From NCBI GenBank assembly GCA_965644495.1, contig CBFFSA010000002.1:248001-312000 (forward strand): 64,000 nt of DNA, read 5' to 3'. This DNA is from Perkinsela sp. CCAP 1560/9 (Eukaryota > Protista > Euglenozoa: Kinetoplastea). Every line of letters begins with the position of its first letter. Position 1 is the stretch's first letter. Under the pieces are notes generated by a model. That model saw only the letters and a list, made by a program, of their open reading frames with translations, did no database searches and was not told the origin of the DNA. The translations under genes and the position numbers were made by a program. Below are positions 21,739 to 32,412 of the stretch, piece by piece.

Positions 21739-22767
21739 TTACGATCTAATTTCAATACGAATGCAGACACTTCCAATAGAAAATTGCATGTCATTAGTTA
21801 ACTGAAGAGTTTCCATAGTGTACCTCCTATTGTCAACAAAAACGCCCGATTTTCCGTAATTTATGACCCAGAACTCTTTTTTGATTTCGTCATAGTACAC
21901 ACAAGCATGAAAGCGCGATATTAGTTTCAAGTTCAGCGTGCGCTCTTCAAGATTTGCCTGCGATACGCTTTTCGACGTAAGGTCAAAGAAAGATAGCGAT
22001 ACTACGTCGTTGGAATCACGATGTTGAACACTTGTCTCTTTCCTTTGTGTCCCCCTTCCCAAAATGAGAATGCTTGTGCATTGCTCAAAAGCAAGTTTAT
22101 TATTGACGTAATATCGAGCCACAGGGCGCAAAAGACTTCTCGGATCTACTCGAGGGCGTTTCGCTGTCCCCGGCATTGAAAACGCATCGGAGGTTAAAAA
22201 GAAAGGGCACACGGCTCGTATCGGTTTTTCTTGCAAGTCGCACGGGAGTACTTCCTTTCGTGTGATATTTCGTGGCTCGCGTTCCAGGCACTGCTTAGGA
22301 ATTTCGGCGGAAATCCCGATTGAGCGCATCTTTTTTGATGAGTAAAAACAGGAGGATAAAAAACTGTGTTTCGATAATAACTCTCGTAAATCTAAAAATC
22401 TGGATTCCGCTTTCGGGAAAAATGTGGACCCCGAGTAAAACTGCGTTTTGATTTGTATTAGTCGTTGCAAAGCCAAAAACACAAGAAAAGCAGGGCTGTC
22501 GAGCTCCGGAGAGTTCAATAATTGGTTTACGTCAATCAAAAGAGAGGCGATCCTTTTGGCAGAAAAATCTTTGAAAAATTTAGGATCAATGAATGGGTAT
22601 TCTCTATTCTGAACATGTGTTACGATGCGCTCTATGTCTGTTTTCTGGGGCAGTGAGTACTCAGTACTTGTGGTATGTCTCCGATCAAGAATAGATTTAA
22701 AATCCTGGGTATGCTCTACACTAAATTCTACACTTCGAAGAAAGCGTAGCGAAATATCTAGTGGCAT
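21739..22767 (-). CDS. C-terminal FHA-domain protein (MCRS1-like FHA)
   Basis: ILILGRG...ISRFHACV..FWVINYGKSGVFVD. Confidence 0.75.
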   Translation of the reverse strand: MPLDISLRFLRSVEFSVEHTQDFKSILDRRHTTSTEYSLPQKTDIERIVTHVQNREYPFIDPKFFKDFSAKRIASLLIDVNQLLNSPELDSPAFLVFLALQRLIQIKTQFYSGSTFFPKAESRFLDLRELLSKHSFLSSCFYSSKKMRSIGISAEIPKQCLEREPRNITRKEVLPCDLQEKPIRAVCPFFLTSDAFSMPGTAKRPRVDPRSLLRPVARYYVNNKLAFEQCTSILILGRGTQRKETSVQHRDSNDVVSLSFFDLTSKSVSQANLEERTLNLKLISRFHACVYYDEIKKEFWVINYGKSGVFVDNRRYTMETLQLTNDMQFSIGSVCIRIEIRS

Positions 22768-23024
22768 TATGAGTGCAAAAAATACTCAAAACAAAATGTA
22801 AGAATAGTAGAAATACGAAGCCCCCAATTAAAATTTAAGCTTCTACTTAGATTTATCTACAAATAATCTACAATTTATCTACTGTATATTAGAAATCTAC
22901 GTCCCCTATAAGATCTTTCAAAGGAAGTAGCATCGATAAAGGGAATCTATGAGAAAACTTGAGGTAACGCTGCCCGTAACTCGATATCTTTTGGTCGGAA
23001 GACGTGCCATCAATCACTGTATAT

Positions 23025-23873
23025 TCACCCACCATTTTGGTTCATATCTGTATTTTGATTTTGCATGAGGTCCTTTAATTGAGAAGGCATTGCACCACTA
23101 CGCCCCATAAGCTGCATTTGTTCGATAGCTTCAACTTTTTCTTTCATCTCTTGGACCTTCTCGACTCGCTCATCATCCCCAATTATGCTGTCGGAGAACA
23201 CACTAGTGTGTGCGGCGTGAGTTCTTGGATCATATTGGACCAAATTGTCTGTCATATAAATAGGAAGATCGGAACAATCTCGCAAGGAAAGGGACGCTGA
23301 GGCGGGTTGCTTCAAAGAATCGGAGTCCTCTCTACCTGAAAAGTTGATTTTATCTTCTATTTTTCTCTTGTTTAAAATGTTTGTGTGATATTTTGAATTT
23401 TCAGAAAGCAAGGGCTTAACGACTTCGTCAACCGAAGCTCCAGTCCAACGATCATGTTTAGTTTCAAAAGTGAGATGCTCATTTTTTTGCACACGTTGGC
23501 CACGTTGCAAGTTTGCATCCGTATATTTTGCTCCAATTTTTCGTGGGGGTTCCACGCACTCTCGTGAGTTGTGACCGGGTGCTCCACAATTCGAGCAACA
23601 CCCAGGACGCCAACGCTTTGGTTTATTTGATTTCAGAAAATAATTCCTCTGACCTTCCTGCACGTTTTTTTGCTTTTCAGGCATTTTATGATGTCGTAGA
23701 GAAGAGTCGGTGCCTTTACCCACATACCAAGGTACGGACGCATAAGTGGTATGTACAGTGTTGGGAACATAAATTGCATGCAACTTTGACTTGTTGATAC
23801 TGCTGGGAGTTACAGAACTCTCGACACAACTTTCTTGAGATCGAGATGACTTTGCATCTGTCATGGTGTGCAT
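23025..23873 (-). CDS. SLU7: Second-step splicing factor SLU7 (short form)
   Basis: VPWY, zinc knuckle CSNCGAPGHNSREC.EPPRKIGAKY, FETKHDRW. Confidence 0.9.
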   Translation of the reverse strand: MHTMTDAKSSRSQESCVESSVTPSSINKSKLHAIYVPNTVHTTYASVPWYVGKGTDSSLRHHKMPEKQKNVQEGQRNYFLKSNKPKRWRPGCCSNCGAPGHNSRECVEPPRKIGAKYTDANLQRGQRVQKNEHLTFETKHDRWTGASVDEVVKPLLSENSKYHTNILNKRKIEDKINFSGREDSDSLKQPASASLSLRDCSDLPIYMTDNLVQYDPRTHAAHTSVFSDSIIGDDERVEKVQEMKEKVEAIEQMQLMGRSGAMPSQLKDLMQNQNTDMNQNGG

Positions 23874-24064
23874 ATGATGAATTTTTAGGAAAATTGTTCA
23901 TAAGTTTTAGTACGTGGACACACATAATGCGTAGTAAATATAGTTTATAATATTGCACATCCAATTTTGTTTCCAAAACTACATTTAACGTGCGATGTAT
24001 CTTAATATTTACACAACCAAGAAAGCCGGAGAGAAATTGGTAAAAGTGAGAAAACGTACACATA

Positions 24065-24858
24065 CAGGGGGTGGCACGAAAATATGGGGGGGTCAAAATT
24101 TTTATAACTTGTACAATTTTGGAAAATAGCACCGCATTCGAGAGCTTTCGCAGAGATACGTGTCACCTGCTATTGCGTTTCCCGTATCCAGGGGGGCAGG
24201 TCCCTATGCCAAAGGGGCTGAAAACAGCAATTGCAAGTTTGAAATTATGAAAAATATGTCATTTAATATACACAACCTTCATTATATACACGACCTTCAT
24301 AATATACACGACCTTCATTTTTTTGTAATGTAATCTTAATACGAGTTGGAACAGTCCTCAAAGTGTTTAAAAATATTTTGTTCTGTTCACCTTTCAACAA
24401 TTCAATCCAGATGCGATCGCCGATCGCAATTCTGACCAATTTGTGGGGCATAATGAGCTTGTGGGACATAAAGGCAGAAAAGGACCCCGTTTCTTCATAC
24501 TTCTTTACTAAAAGTGTGCGGTGGGTGACCTTAAGCTGTCCACGAGGACTAACAATGCCGATCACGGTGCTGTGCACCCTTGCTATTGGAACAAGCCCAT
24601 TTCTGTGGCATAACGCGGCGGAAAGATAAGAAAAAGAGGGAAAATACCTAAAATACCGAAAAAATCAATGAAATTGAAGAAAATTGCAAGTTCCGAAAAC
24701 GTATTTTTTTGTCCAAAATTAAAAAAATTAAAAACAAGGGAAACGCAATAGCAGGTGACACGTATCACTGCGAGAGCTCTCGAATGCGGTGCTACTTTCC
24801 AAAATTGGACAATTTATACGATTTTTGACCCCCCCCCATATTTTCGTGCCACCCCCTG
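24065..24858 (-). mobile_element. Non-autonomous, internally deleted Tc1 element related to 17369-18930
   Basis: ~118-bp TIRs CAGGGGGTGGCACGAAAATATGGGGGGG..., TA flanks; remnants MPQK.. (ATG 24611), SPRGQLKVTHRTLLVKKYEETGSFSA and LKGEQ..FLNTLRTVPTRIK match the two ends of the long transposase. Confidence 0.93.
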
Positions 24859-25092
24859 TAATACAGGATACTATACGCATTACAAGTGTTCCCGTACGTT
24901 TAGCCCCACTGGAGACGTTTTCCACTTTCACACACATACAGTTTGACCGTTCCCTATGAACATCTTTGTATAATCCAATACAGATTAATTGCCACAAACC
25001 AGACACGTGCATACGACTCTTATGCGCTTTGAACACTATAAAAGCACTTACATGGATGGGCAAACTGCCGCAGAGGGACCTCTTGCGAGAAT

Positions 25093-25674
25093 TTATGCGC
25101 TCTTCATGTGTGATTCTGATTGAGGAAATAAAGTGCCTAGTTCCGTCATTGATGATTTTACTAATCGGTTATTTTGTATCACGTGAACGGTCAAAATGCC
25201 TAATATGGGAAGCCAGAAAGCCACAAGCGTTTGCGGGAGTCTCAAAGTTGCGATTCCGTGAAGGTAAAAAGTGTAAAACAACCAAAGCGTGGTGTGTGCG
25301 GCGCAGCCGACGGCAAGTAACACAATACATTCGCTTTCTTCTTGTAATTTCGGGAAGACAACGTATAAGGCCAAAGCAATGCACGTAAGAACAGTAACTC
25401 CATGTGCAATGCAAAGAAACATCGGCGACACTCGATGATGCCCAAAGCTTTCTTGAGTATGAAAAAAATACAAGTGTATTCCAGTGAGTAAAATCCCAAT
25501 GCTAATCCCGTAAAATTGTGCGAAACGAGCTGTCCATAGGTCGTCCGAGTGCTGCATATCTTTCCATTGCGTTTCCCACTTTGCTGCGTGATCAACTAAC
25601 TCTGGATCTGTCATTGTCGTTATTGTGAGTATTAAGTCTAATAAACTCAAACACTCAAGTACGCGTAGATTCAT
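25093..25674 (-). CDS. Hypothetical multi-pass (~4 TM) membrane protein
   Basis: 193-aa ORF on the coding strand with four hydrophobic segments; start may be 25614. Confidence 0.6.
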   Translation of the reverse strand: MNLRVLECLSLLDLILTITTMTDPELVDHAAKWETQWKDMQHSDDLWTARFAQFYGISIGILLTGIHLYFFHTQESFGHHRVSPMFLCIAHGVTVLTCIALALYVVFPKLQEESECIVLLAVGCAAHTTLWLFYTFYLHGIATLRLPQTLVAFWLPILGILTVHVIQNNRLVKSSMTELGTLFPQSESHMKSA

Positions 25675-25799
25675 AGATGCATTCTAAAAATGCAATCAAG
25701 ACAGTATTTTCCCACCATGTTGCTTTTTCACAACTCTACTTGAACAACCCCAAATTTCTAGAACGCTACCGACGTGAAAGAACCATCATACCTTGTACA

Positions 25800-26680
25800 T
25801 CAAACCCCTGACCCCCCCCCCCTTCCCCCTTTTCTTCATTGCCCCACCAACGCTCCCCCCATCGTCTCCTCCACCCCCTTATACCCCCTCACCACCCCCT
25901 CCACCACCTCTCTCGAACTCACAAACTCCTCCATCCCCTCCCGAAACATGGCATGTTTTTTATAATTCTCCAAAAACACCCCCCGGTGCCACAACTGGTC
26001 AAAGTGCCGCAGCATACGCTGCAGCACCCCGCCCATCCCGGTGTGGTTCCCCAGCATGAGCCCCCGTACCCTGTAGGGGGAGTCCACGAAAGGGCTCGGT
26101 GGACTCACCCCGACGTGGAGGGATCCGGGAACCCAGGGGACAAAGCCGGGGGGGTTGGTGGCTTTGATCCGGGAGATCGCATTGGAAATCTCCAACGCCT
26201 CCACCTCACCTTGGAGGAGATGAACCATCCCGGTGTAGGCTCCGGAGGGGTTGGTGTGACGGGAGGGGTTGCCTGCCATGTGGTTGGCTGGGGAGAGCAC
26301 ACGTCGGATAATATCCTGTACGGAAGTTTTTTGAATCCCCGGGGGGTGGTTGGGTTTACCCAGGTGGAGGGGGGCGTAGCTGGGGATAAGGAAATGACAG
26401 GGGGGGAGGGGGACGAGGGTGGCGAGGAGACTCCAGAGGTCAGTGGGGACTACCCCCGGGAAACGGAGGGGAGCGGTGGTGGCGGCCATTACGGTGGAGA
26501 CGATGCGGTTCATTTCGTCGACTTTGGGGGCGGTAAGGTGGAGGACTTCGGTGGCGATGCGGTTGAGGGCGGTGTTGTCGAGGACGATTACCCCGTCGGC
26601 GTGTTGGGTGAGACGTTTGAGGGTGAGGATACTGTTGTAGGGCTGTACGATGACGTCCGACTCCCCGGTTTTGCTGTGGT
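25800..26680. other. C-to-G skew-switch island 2 (3' half of gamma-tubulin)
   Basis: Plus strand C-rich ~25800-26110, G-rich ~26140-26680. Confidence 0.8.
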
Positions 26681-27209
26681 TGGGAAACACGCTGTAGGTT
26701 TGTACAAGTCTTTTCGGGTAGCGCTCTGAGATTTGTTCTAGGAGATAGGATCCGAGACCACTGCCGGTACCCCCGGCAATACTGTGTGTGAGGAGAAAAC
26801 CCTCGAAGTTGTCTGTGTTTTCAGCCTCGCGATCGATCATGTCAAATAGGTGTTCGGAGACGGTATCGGCCAATTCGTAACCGGTTGCCCAGTTGTTTCC
26901 GGCACCACCCCCTTCTGGGTGAATATAAATATTCTCTGGATTAAACAGAGCTCCAAGAGAACTGCGTTGCACGCCGTGAATTACCCTGGGCTCTAAATCT
27001 AGAAGAATAGCACGAGGAATATAATGGTTGTCGTCCGCGGGATAAAAGAAAATCTCTTTGTGATCAATCACCATATCTGTATTAGATGGGCTTGGCATCG
27101 GCATACCATCTGGACCGATGCCGTGCTCCAGGCACAGTTGACGCCAAAACTCGGAACCAATTTGATTTCCACATTGGCCACATTGAAGTGTGAGAAGCTC
27201 GCGCGGCAT
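25836..27209 (-). CDS. TUBG: Gamma-tubulin
   Basis: [43 protein letters not shown]. Confidence 0.97.
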   Translation of the reverse strand: MPRELLTLQCGQCGNQIGSEFWRQLCLEHGIGPDGMPMPSPSNTDMVIDHKEIFFYPADDNHYIPRAILLDLEPRVIHGVQRSSLGALFNPENIYIHPEGGGAGNNWATGYELADTVSEHLFDMIDREAENTDNFEGFLLTHSIAGGTGSGLGSYLLEQISERYPKRLVQTYSVFPNHSKTGESDVIVQPYNSILTLKRLTQHADGVIVLDNTALNRIATEVLHLTAPKVDEMNRIVSTVMAATTAPLRFPGVVPTDLWSLLATLVPLPPCHFLIPSYAPLHLGKPNHPPGIQKTSVQDIIRRVLSPANHMAGNPSRHTNPSGAYTGMVHLLQGEVEALEISNAISRIKATNPPGFVPWVPGSLHVGVSPPSPFVDSPYRVRGLMLGNHTGMGGVLQRMLRHFDQLWHRGVFLENYKKHAMFREGMEEFVSSREVVEGVVRGYKGVEETMGGALVGQ

Positions 27210-27405
27210 TCGCGACAGCTATGGGTATTCTATAACTTTTTTATTCACTATTCTATAGTTTATTCTAATTTTATAGTTTATGGTAAGGCTAAGAAATAAA
27301 ATCTGAGTTTTTTTGGCGCCTTTGATGTACCCTTCAAAATGTTTTTTATGTTTCTGAATAAAAAATACCAAAAACATAAGAAATCAATGAACATAAAGGA
27401 AACAC

Positions 27406-30400
27406 TTACCCGACTTCTTCATCCGAATCCGCTTTTGCATTCTCTTTCGCGGGTATAGAATGATGATTTGAATTTGACGTCGTGGTTGGGCGAGCGCACT
27501 GCTTTGAAGAGGAAGGACGCTTTGGCCATAACACGCAAGCTCCATCCGGGAGGCACTGCAAGTGGTATGTAATCCAGTCCACCAATAAGAACCTTGTCGG
27601 CAGTGTGGAGTGACCTCCTTCCTCGGAATCTTTTATGTCGCCACTTCTTTTGATCGGTGGAGTAAGTTTGCTGTCCGCTGGACTTTGCACAATTCCTTGA
27701 TTAACTGCGTTCCAAGATGTCTTGTCAAAGAGCACATGTGTGTACTGAAGACACTGGGACTTGCTGGATATCTCCTGTACGTGATGAACTTGCTGCGCAC
27801 CGCCGGAATGCAAAATTCGAAGATAGGACTCTGTGCAGGGCCCCGTTGCGCACACTAACAAACGACACCCGTGAAACGCAAGTTGCCCCGTTTTTTCTCT
27901 ACGCTCTCGCCATGTTTTGCAGGCATCAGCCAGATGTAAAGTGGCACAGCGCGCCTTAAGTCCTACTTTGCTTCTGGTCCACTCGTAGTTTGCTTCCTGT
28001 AGCCATGTCATGTGACGCGCACAATCATCAAGAAAAACGGGACGGAGAACCCATATGCCACGTGCGAGAGCAGTTAGAACAGATTCTCGTTGACTAGGAT
28101 CTGTGCAGATAAGGTGAGTCGCCGTAGAGATGTCATCAGAATCAACAGAAGCTCCCAGTTTTTGCATTGCATCGCGAAGTATGACCACATGAGAGTGATC
28201 ATAGGAAAGTAAACTGAAGACCAACCTTCGATTTTGAGCTGATTTCACAGAATCGAAAGACTTGATTTCACTTTGAACAGGATCCAAACTTTGTTTCCGT
28301 TCAATCGAGTTGCATCTATTTTCCGATTTTGTTGGAGAATTGACATTTGTTGTCGATATTTCTCGTGAAGGAGAAAAACGCAGCATTCTTGCCGCTTCGG
28401 GTGAGGGGGTGACTTTCAATTCTTCATTTCCAGAGGGATCATTAAATGGTGGTGAATGGGTTTGATCCTGTGATTGATAGTCAGCAGGAGCTAAAGTGGC
28501 ATCGTCTTCCTTGGAGTCAGTACCTTTTCTTTCCAAGCTGTGCACTATTGGGTCGCTCCTGGGCTCAGCGCAAGGTACATGATCATTTGAAGTGAAGTTT
28601 TGCTGTTTTTTCGCACCTATTCCAGTTGTCTGTCCTTCGTACTGCGGAAAATTTTCTCCAACGGTGGTTTGGTGTACGGCTTCGTCCCAGCGATCTTCAA
28701 TGGGGGAGTCGTCGGGTGGAGCAGGTGGGGGAATTCCATCGGCGTACTCTCTCACAAAGTAACCCGCACGCGCACTGCGCTCGATCCAGGATGGATCCAC
28801 CACTAGAGGACGTCTCACTGAGCTGTCTGCCGTCGCGCGAACCACATGGGAAGCCCCGGCGGGACTATCCCAGATCATTCCCCCGAGGGCTGTAATAGCC
28901 ATGCGTATGGGAGTAAGTTCTGTACTCAGTTCCCGATCAATGTGTATGATAATTGTGCCGGAGTACATGGACGGGGGTGGTGACGCTCGTCGCGGTCTTG
29001 GCATAATAGGCTCAAAGTACCATATCCATGAAATGGAACACGACGCGGTATTAATGTCATGCTCATTAAGACCATTCGCGGATGCAACCTTATCGTTTTG
29101 AACCGATAATCCCCCAGGGGCACAGCTTTTCCGCTCGACACACATTTCAACCCACGTGGAAGTTACTTTAAGCGGAGCACCAGTGGAAGAACGCTGTGTG
29201 ACATCTGAAGGAGTACCCAAAGGAGAGTTTGCTTCTAAAAAAGATACCCAAGGAGGAGTTGGCTGAATCGCTATGCTTGGCGAAAAATTTGAATGAGGCA
29301 TCAAGCGTTCATGTGAATGTGGAACGACATGACAGGATGGTACTGCCTTTTCCGAGGACAAGCTAAGCACTCGCCCTCCATGTTTCATAACAAGGTTTTC
29401 GAGTTCTTGCAGTCTTTCATGAACAAATTCGTAAGAAAAAGTAAAAGAAACTCCGAGAAACGTTTCTGATTCCATCAGAATCTCGTCTTGTGATTCTTTA
29501 GAGGGTTTCCCGCCTTCCGACCACGTGCTTTCGTTCAGAGCTTCATTTTTTCGAGTTTTCACACCATCGTGTGAAGCAGAGATAATAGGCATCTCGACGA
29601 GAGGACTGACAGACACCTCCTTTTCGCTTGTTGTTGAAGGAAGTGACCTGTGGCGCGCATCAGCTTCCGAAGTATCAGCCTTGGAAGAAATATCTACTTG
29701 GTTAAAAGGGTAGACGTACATATCAGAAAAACCTTCTTTTCGGTTTAAGAGACTGTCTACTATCCAGCGACTCGTGACAACACGACTTAAGGGTATACAA
29801 TACCGAGAAAGCAGTGTGCGCAAGGAATCTTCCACGTGAGAGGAAAGCCGAGTTTGTGTTTCTGAATGAACAATAACGATATGTGTACAGAGTGGTAAAA
29901 GACATGGTGTAATGACTGAGCCAGCAAGTATACCACCTCGACGTAGTAAAAAGAAATTTCGTTCTAATGAGTGCAGTATACTTGAAATCTGTTCCCTAGC
30001 GTCTCCATGGAGATGTGATGGACTGTAGGACTGTAATATGGTCATGATATCCGTTGCAGACCATGTATTTAAACCCACATCGGGCTGCGTGCTTTGAGTT
30101 TTAACATCGGAAGAAAAAGGTACGGCATCCACTCGAGGTGTTGAACTCTGAATTTCAGTTGCCACAGTACTTAAGAAGTACGTGACGCATCCTGAGAGAA
30201 AAGGCGTACTCGAAAATGTTGTCAAAGCATCGAATAATTTTTCCAAAAGATTAGTAGTCAAACGTTTAAAGTGTGAGGCGTGTTGCTCAAAGTGTGGCAC
30301 CATGTTACTCTTCGCATGGGTGGTACGAAACTCTTCATACAACGCTCGACGTGCATCAGCTTCCTGGAAATTTTTCCTCGCGTTTTCTTTGAGAAGCACA

Positions 30401-31212
30401 CCGCAGTATTCTTGCGCCTCGTCGTAGCTGAAAGGCTCAATAATTTCCAAAGAGGTAGTCCCAGTTTCCTTTGAAATTCCAGATAATTTTACCGGCGTCT
30501 TGCTTGAGGAGCGCTTCGAAGACTCAATTCTAGGTTTTTTAATATCAGTTTCTAAATCTCCAGCCAAATCATAAAATGGGGTGGCTCTACATATATCCGT
30601 AATTTCACATTCGACGACAAGTCCACTTTGCAGAGCAACGAGCCAACAATCATGTACAACCGAAATGTTGTGACGCTCAGCAAATACAACCTTGGCATTT
30701 TTCTCTTTCATTCGCCAGTTGAAGTCTCGATCAACAAGCAAATGAGACACATTGACCGTCAAATGACCTTGATAAATTCCCCCTAGATCGCGAACCTTGT
30801 CAGCAAGTAAAGCTCTGGAAGAGGGGCTGTGTCCCGTAACACAAATGCAATATCCAGTAAGAGGCTTAACACTAAAATTGGACGATAAATCAGGTTTTGG
30901 CGGAGAAATATGGGTGTGTTCGGGGTGTTCCTGACCACCTAGGGACATTGGTCTTTGTGCCACACTAAGTCCAAGGATCCTATTGCAACGAATAGACTCG
31001 CGCACCCATGTCTCCGCAACAAGAGCAACATTACCCAACTGCCGCGCCGCAACACATTTTTTTGTCGACCCCCGATTCGCCACGATATGCGTTAGGTCGG
31101 TAGCGGCGTCGGCAGAAAAGTTTCCACCCCGTGATTCTACTAACTCCCGTAATTCAGATCTTTTATTTATCGAGAAGCCTGATGAAGTAAACCGAAGCCC
31201 AGAGAACAACAT
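27406..31212 (-). CDS. TOPBP1: Multi-BRCT protein, TopBP1/Dpb11-like
   Basis: Several BRCT repeats (FSGLRFTSSG..GG..THIV..W; THLIC..LARGIWVL..YEW). Confidence 0.75.
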   Translation of the reverse strand: MLFSGLRFTSSGFSINKRSELRELVESRGGNFSADAATDLTHIVANRGSTKKCVAARQLGNVALVAETWVRESIRCNRILGLSVAQRPMSLGGQEHPEHTHISPPKPDLSSNFSVKPLTGYCICVTGHSPSSRALLADKVRDLGGIYQGHLTVNVSHLLVDRDFNWRMKEKNAKVVFAERHNISVVHDCWLVALQSGLVVECEITDICRATPFYDLAGDLETDIKKPRIESSKRSSSKTPVKLSGISKETGTTSLEIIEPFSYDEAQEYCGVLLKENARKNFQEADARRALYEEFRTTHAKSNMVPHFEQHASHFKRLTTNLLEKLFDALTTFSSTPFLSGCVTYFLSTVATEIQSSTPRVDAVPFSSDVKTQSTQPDVGLNTWSATDIMTILQSYSPSHLHGDAREQISSILHSLERNFFLLRRGGILAGSVITPCLLPLCTHIVIVHSETQTRLSSHVEDSLRTLLSRYCIPLSRVVTSRWIVDSLLNRKEGFSDMYVYPFNQVDISSKADTSEADARHRSLPSTTSEKEVSVSPLVEMPIISASHDGVKTRKNEALNESTWSEGGKPSKESQDEILMESETFLGVSFTFSYEFVHERLQELENLVMKHGGRVLSLSSEKAVPSCHVVPHSHERLMPHSNFSPSIAIQPTPPWVSFLEANSPLGTPSDVTQRSSTGAPLKVTSTWVEMCVERKSCAPGGLSVQNDKVASANGLNEHDINTASCSISWIWYFEPIMPRPRRASPPPSMYSGTIIIHIDRELSTELTPIRMAITALGGMIWDSPAGASHVVRATADSSVRRPLVVDPSWIERSARAGYFVREYADGIPPPAPPDDSPIEDRWDEAVHQTTVGENFPQYEGQTTGIGAKKQQNFTSNDHVPCAEPRSDPIVHSLERKGTDSKEDDATLAPADYQSQDQTHSPPFNDPSGNEELKVTPSPEAARMLRFSPSREISTTNVNSPTKSENRCNSIERKQSLDPVQSEIKSFDSVKSAQNRRLVFSLLSYDHSHVVILRDAMQKLGASVDSDDISTATHLICTDPSQRESVLTALARGIWVLRPVFLDDCARHMTWLQEANYEWTRSKVGLKARCATLHLADACKTWRERREKTGQLAFHGCRLLVCATGPCTESYLRILHSGGAQQVHHVQEISSKSQCLQYTHVLFDKTSWNAVNQGIVQSPADSKLTPPIKRSGDIKDSEEGGHSTLPTRFLLVDWITYHLQCLPDGACVLWPKRPSSSKQCARPTTTSNSNHHSIPAKENAKADSDEEVG

Positions 31213-31425
31213 ATGTATTTTAAGATATTTTCATAACAGATAGATAAAATATTACCAGTGTTAGATTTTTGTGGCTAAACAAAGAAGGAAAAGCAATTAC
31301 AAACAAAAAAGGTACAGTGCGCCATACAACAAGATACACCATCAATAATTTCGTGCGACAGAATGTGGATACATGCACGGCATGTGTAGTGACATTTCCA
31401 AAGACAAGACTCGGCTTTCAAGCAG

Positions 31426-31884
31426 CTAAGCAGTGTGCCTGATTGTTGGTTCAGTTAAAGAAGCGCCCAATTCTAAAATAGGCTGTAAAATATTTTCCCG
31501 GTTAGTTTCCACAATCTTTCCGTCCACAACCATTTCATTAAGAATAAGATACGCCTTCTCTAGGTGAAGCATCAGATCAAGCTCACAAACATTATCAAAA
31601 TACTGATCAAACGTCTCCACCATGCAGTGAATAAATTCTAGAACAGCAAGTTCGTTTTCTTCTTCGTCAACACCAACGATAAAAAACAATGAAGCATACC
31701 TCCGGTATATGAGCTTGTGACCCAAGTGCTCTAAAAAGTTACAGTGTGATTCTTTTCGCTGTAGGCATTTACGTACTACTTCGCCCTCTAGTGCTGAACG
31801 CTCTGAAATAGGAACCCATTTCGTGTAATGTGCCAGGCGAGTTTGTCCGTGCTTGTTGACCAACAGAACGAAAAGAATAGTCAT
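31426..31884 (-). CDS. AP4S1: Adaptor complex AP-4 sigma subunit
   Basis: VNKHGQTRL, YRRYASLFFIVGVD..ENELAVLEFIH, VCELDLM. Confidence 0.85.
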   Translation of the reverse strand: MTILFVLLVNKHGQTRLAHYTKWVPISERSALEGEVVRKCLQRKESHCNFLEHLGHKLIYRRYASLFFIVGVDEEENELAVLEFIHCMVETFDQYFDNVCELDLMLHLEKAYLILNEMVVDGKIVETNRENILQPILELGASLTEPTIRHTA

Positions 31885-32412
31885 GTAAAGTTATGTGAGG
31901 ACTATACAAATACGGCATAGATGATAAACTTTTCGGACAATCAACGGCATAGACGTTTCAACTTAGATGAAGTACATGTATATCTCTCAACAACTAAGAG
32001 GGCGCACTGCATATTTAATACAGGGGATACAGTATGTTCTTGTGAGAACCTTTCCTACTTGGTCAAAAGGATATTCGTCCGAAAACTGGCACTTACCTAA
32101 AAGTAAAAGTTCGAGCTATTCAATAATGCTTATTCCGACCTCAAATCCAGAAAAAATCCCATGACTGGAGCCTATGTGTTACTGTAGCACATAGACAGCG
32201 TTTGTGGAAATATACGTGTACATGGCTGACAACTCGATGCTCTGTCCAAGAATTTGCTAAGAAAGTCTGGTTGTCATGGAGAGATACTGTATTCCATATA
32301 TGCCGGATATGGAATCCAGAATGTATCACACATGTAATGTAAGTCCAGAGGAGAGTGTTGCCTTCTGAACCCATTGCGAGGAGTTGGGTCGCACTGTTCA
32401 TGGTGTCTGTAC

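Noticed and set aside
32141-32401. 86-aa minus-strand ORF
   Set aside because: Starts ~11 bp after the PPR stop, leaving little room for processing signals; no motif
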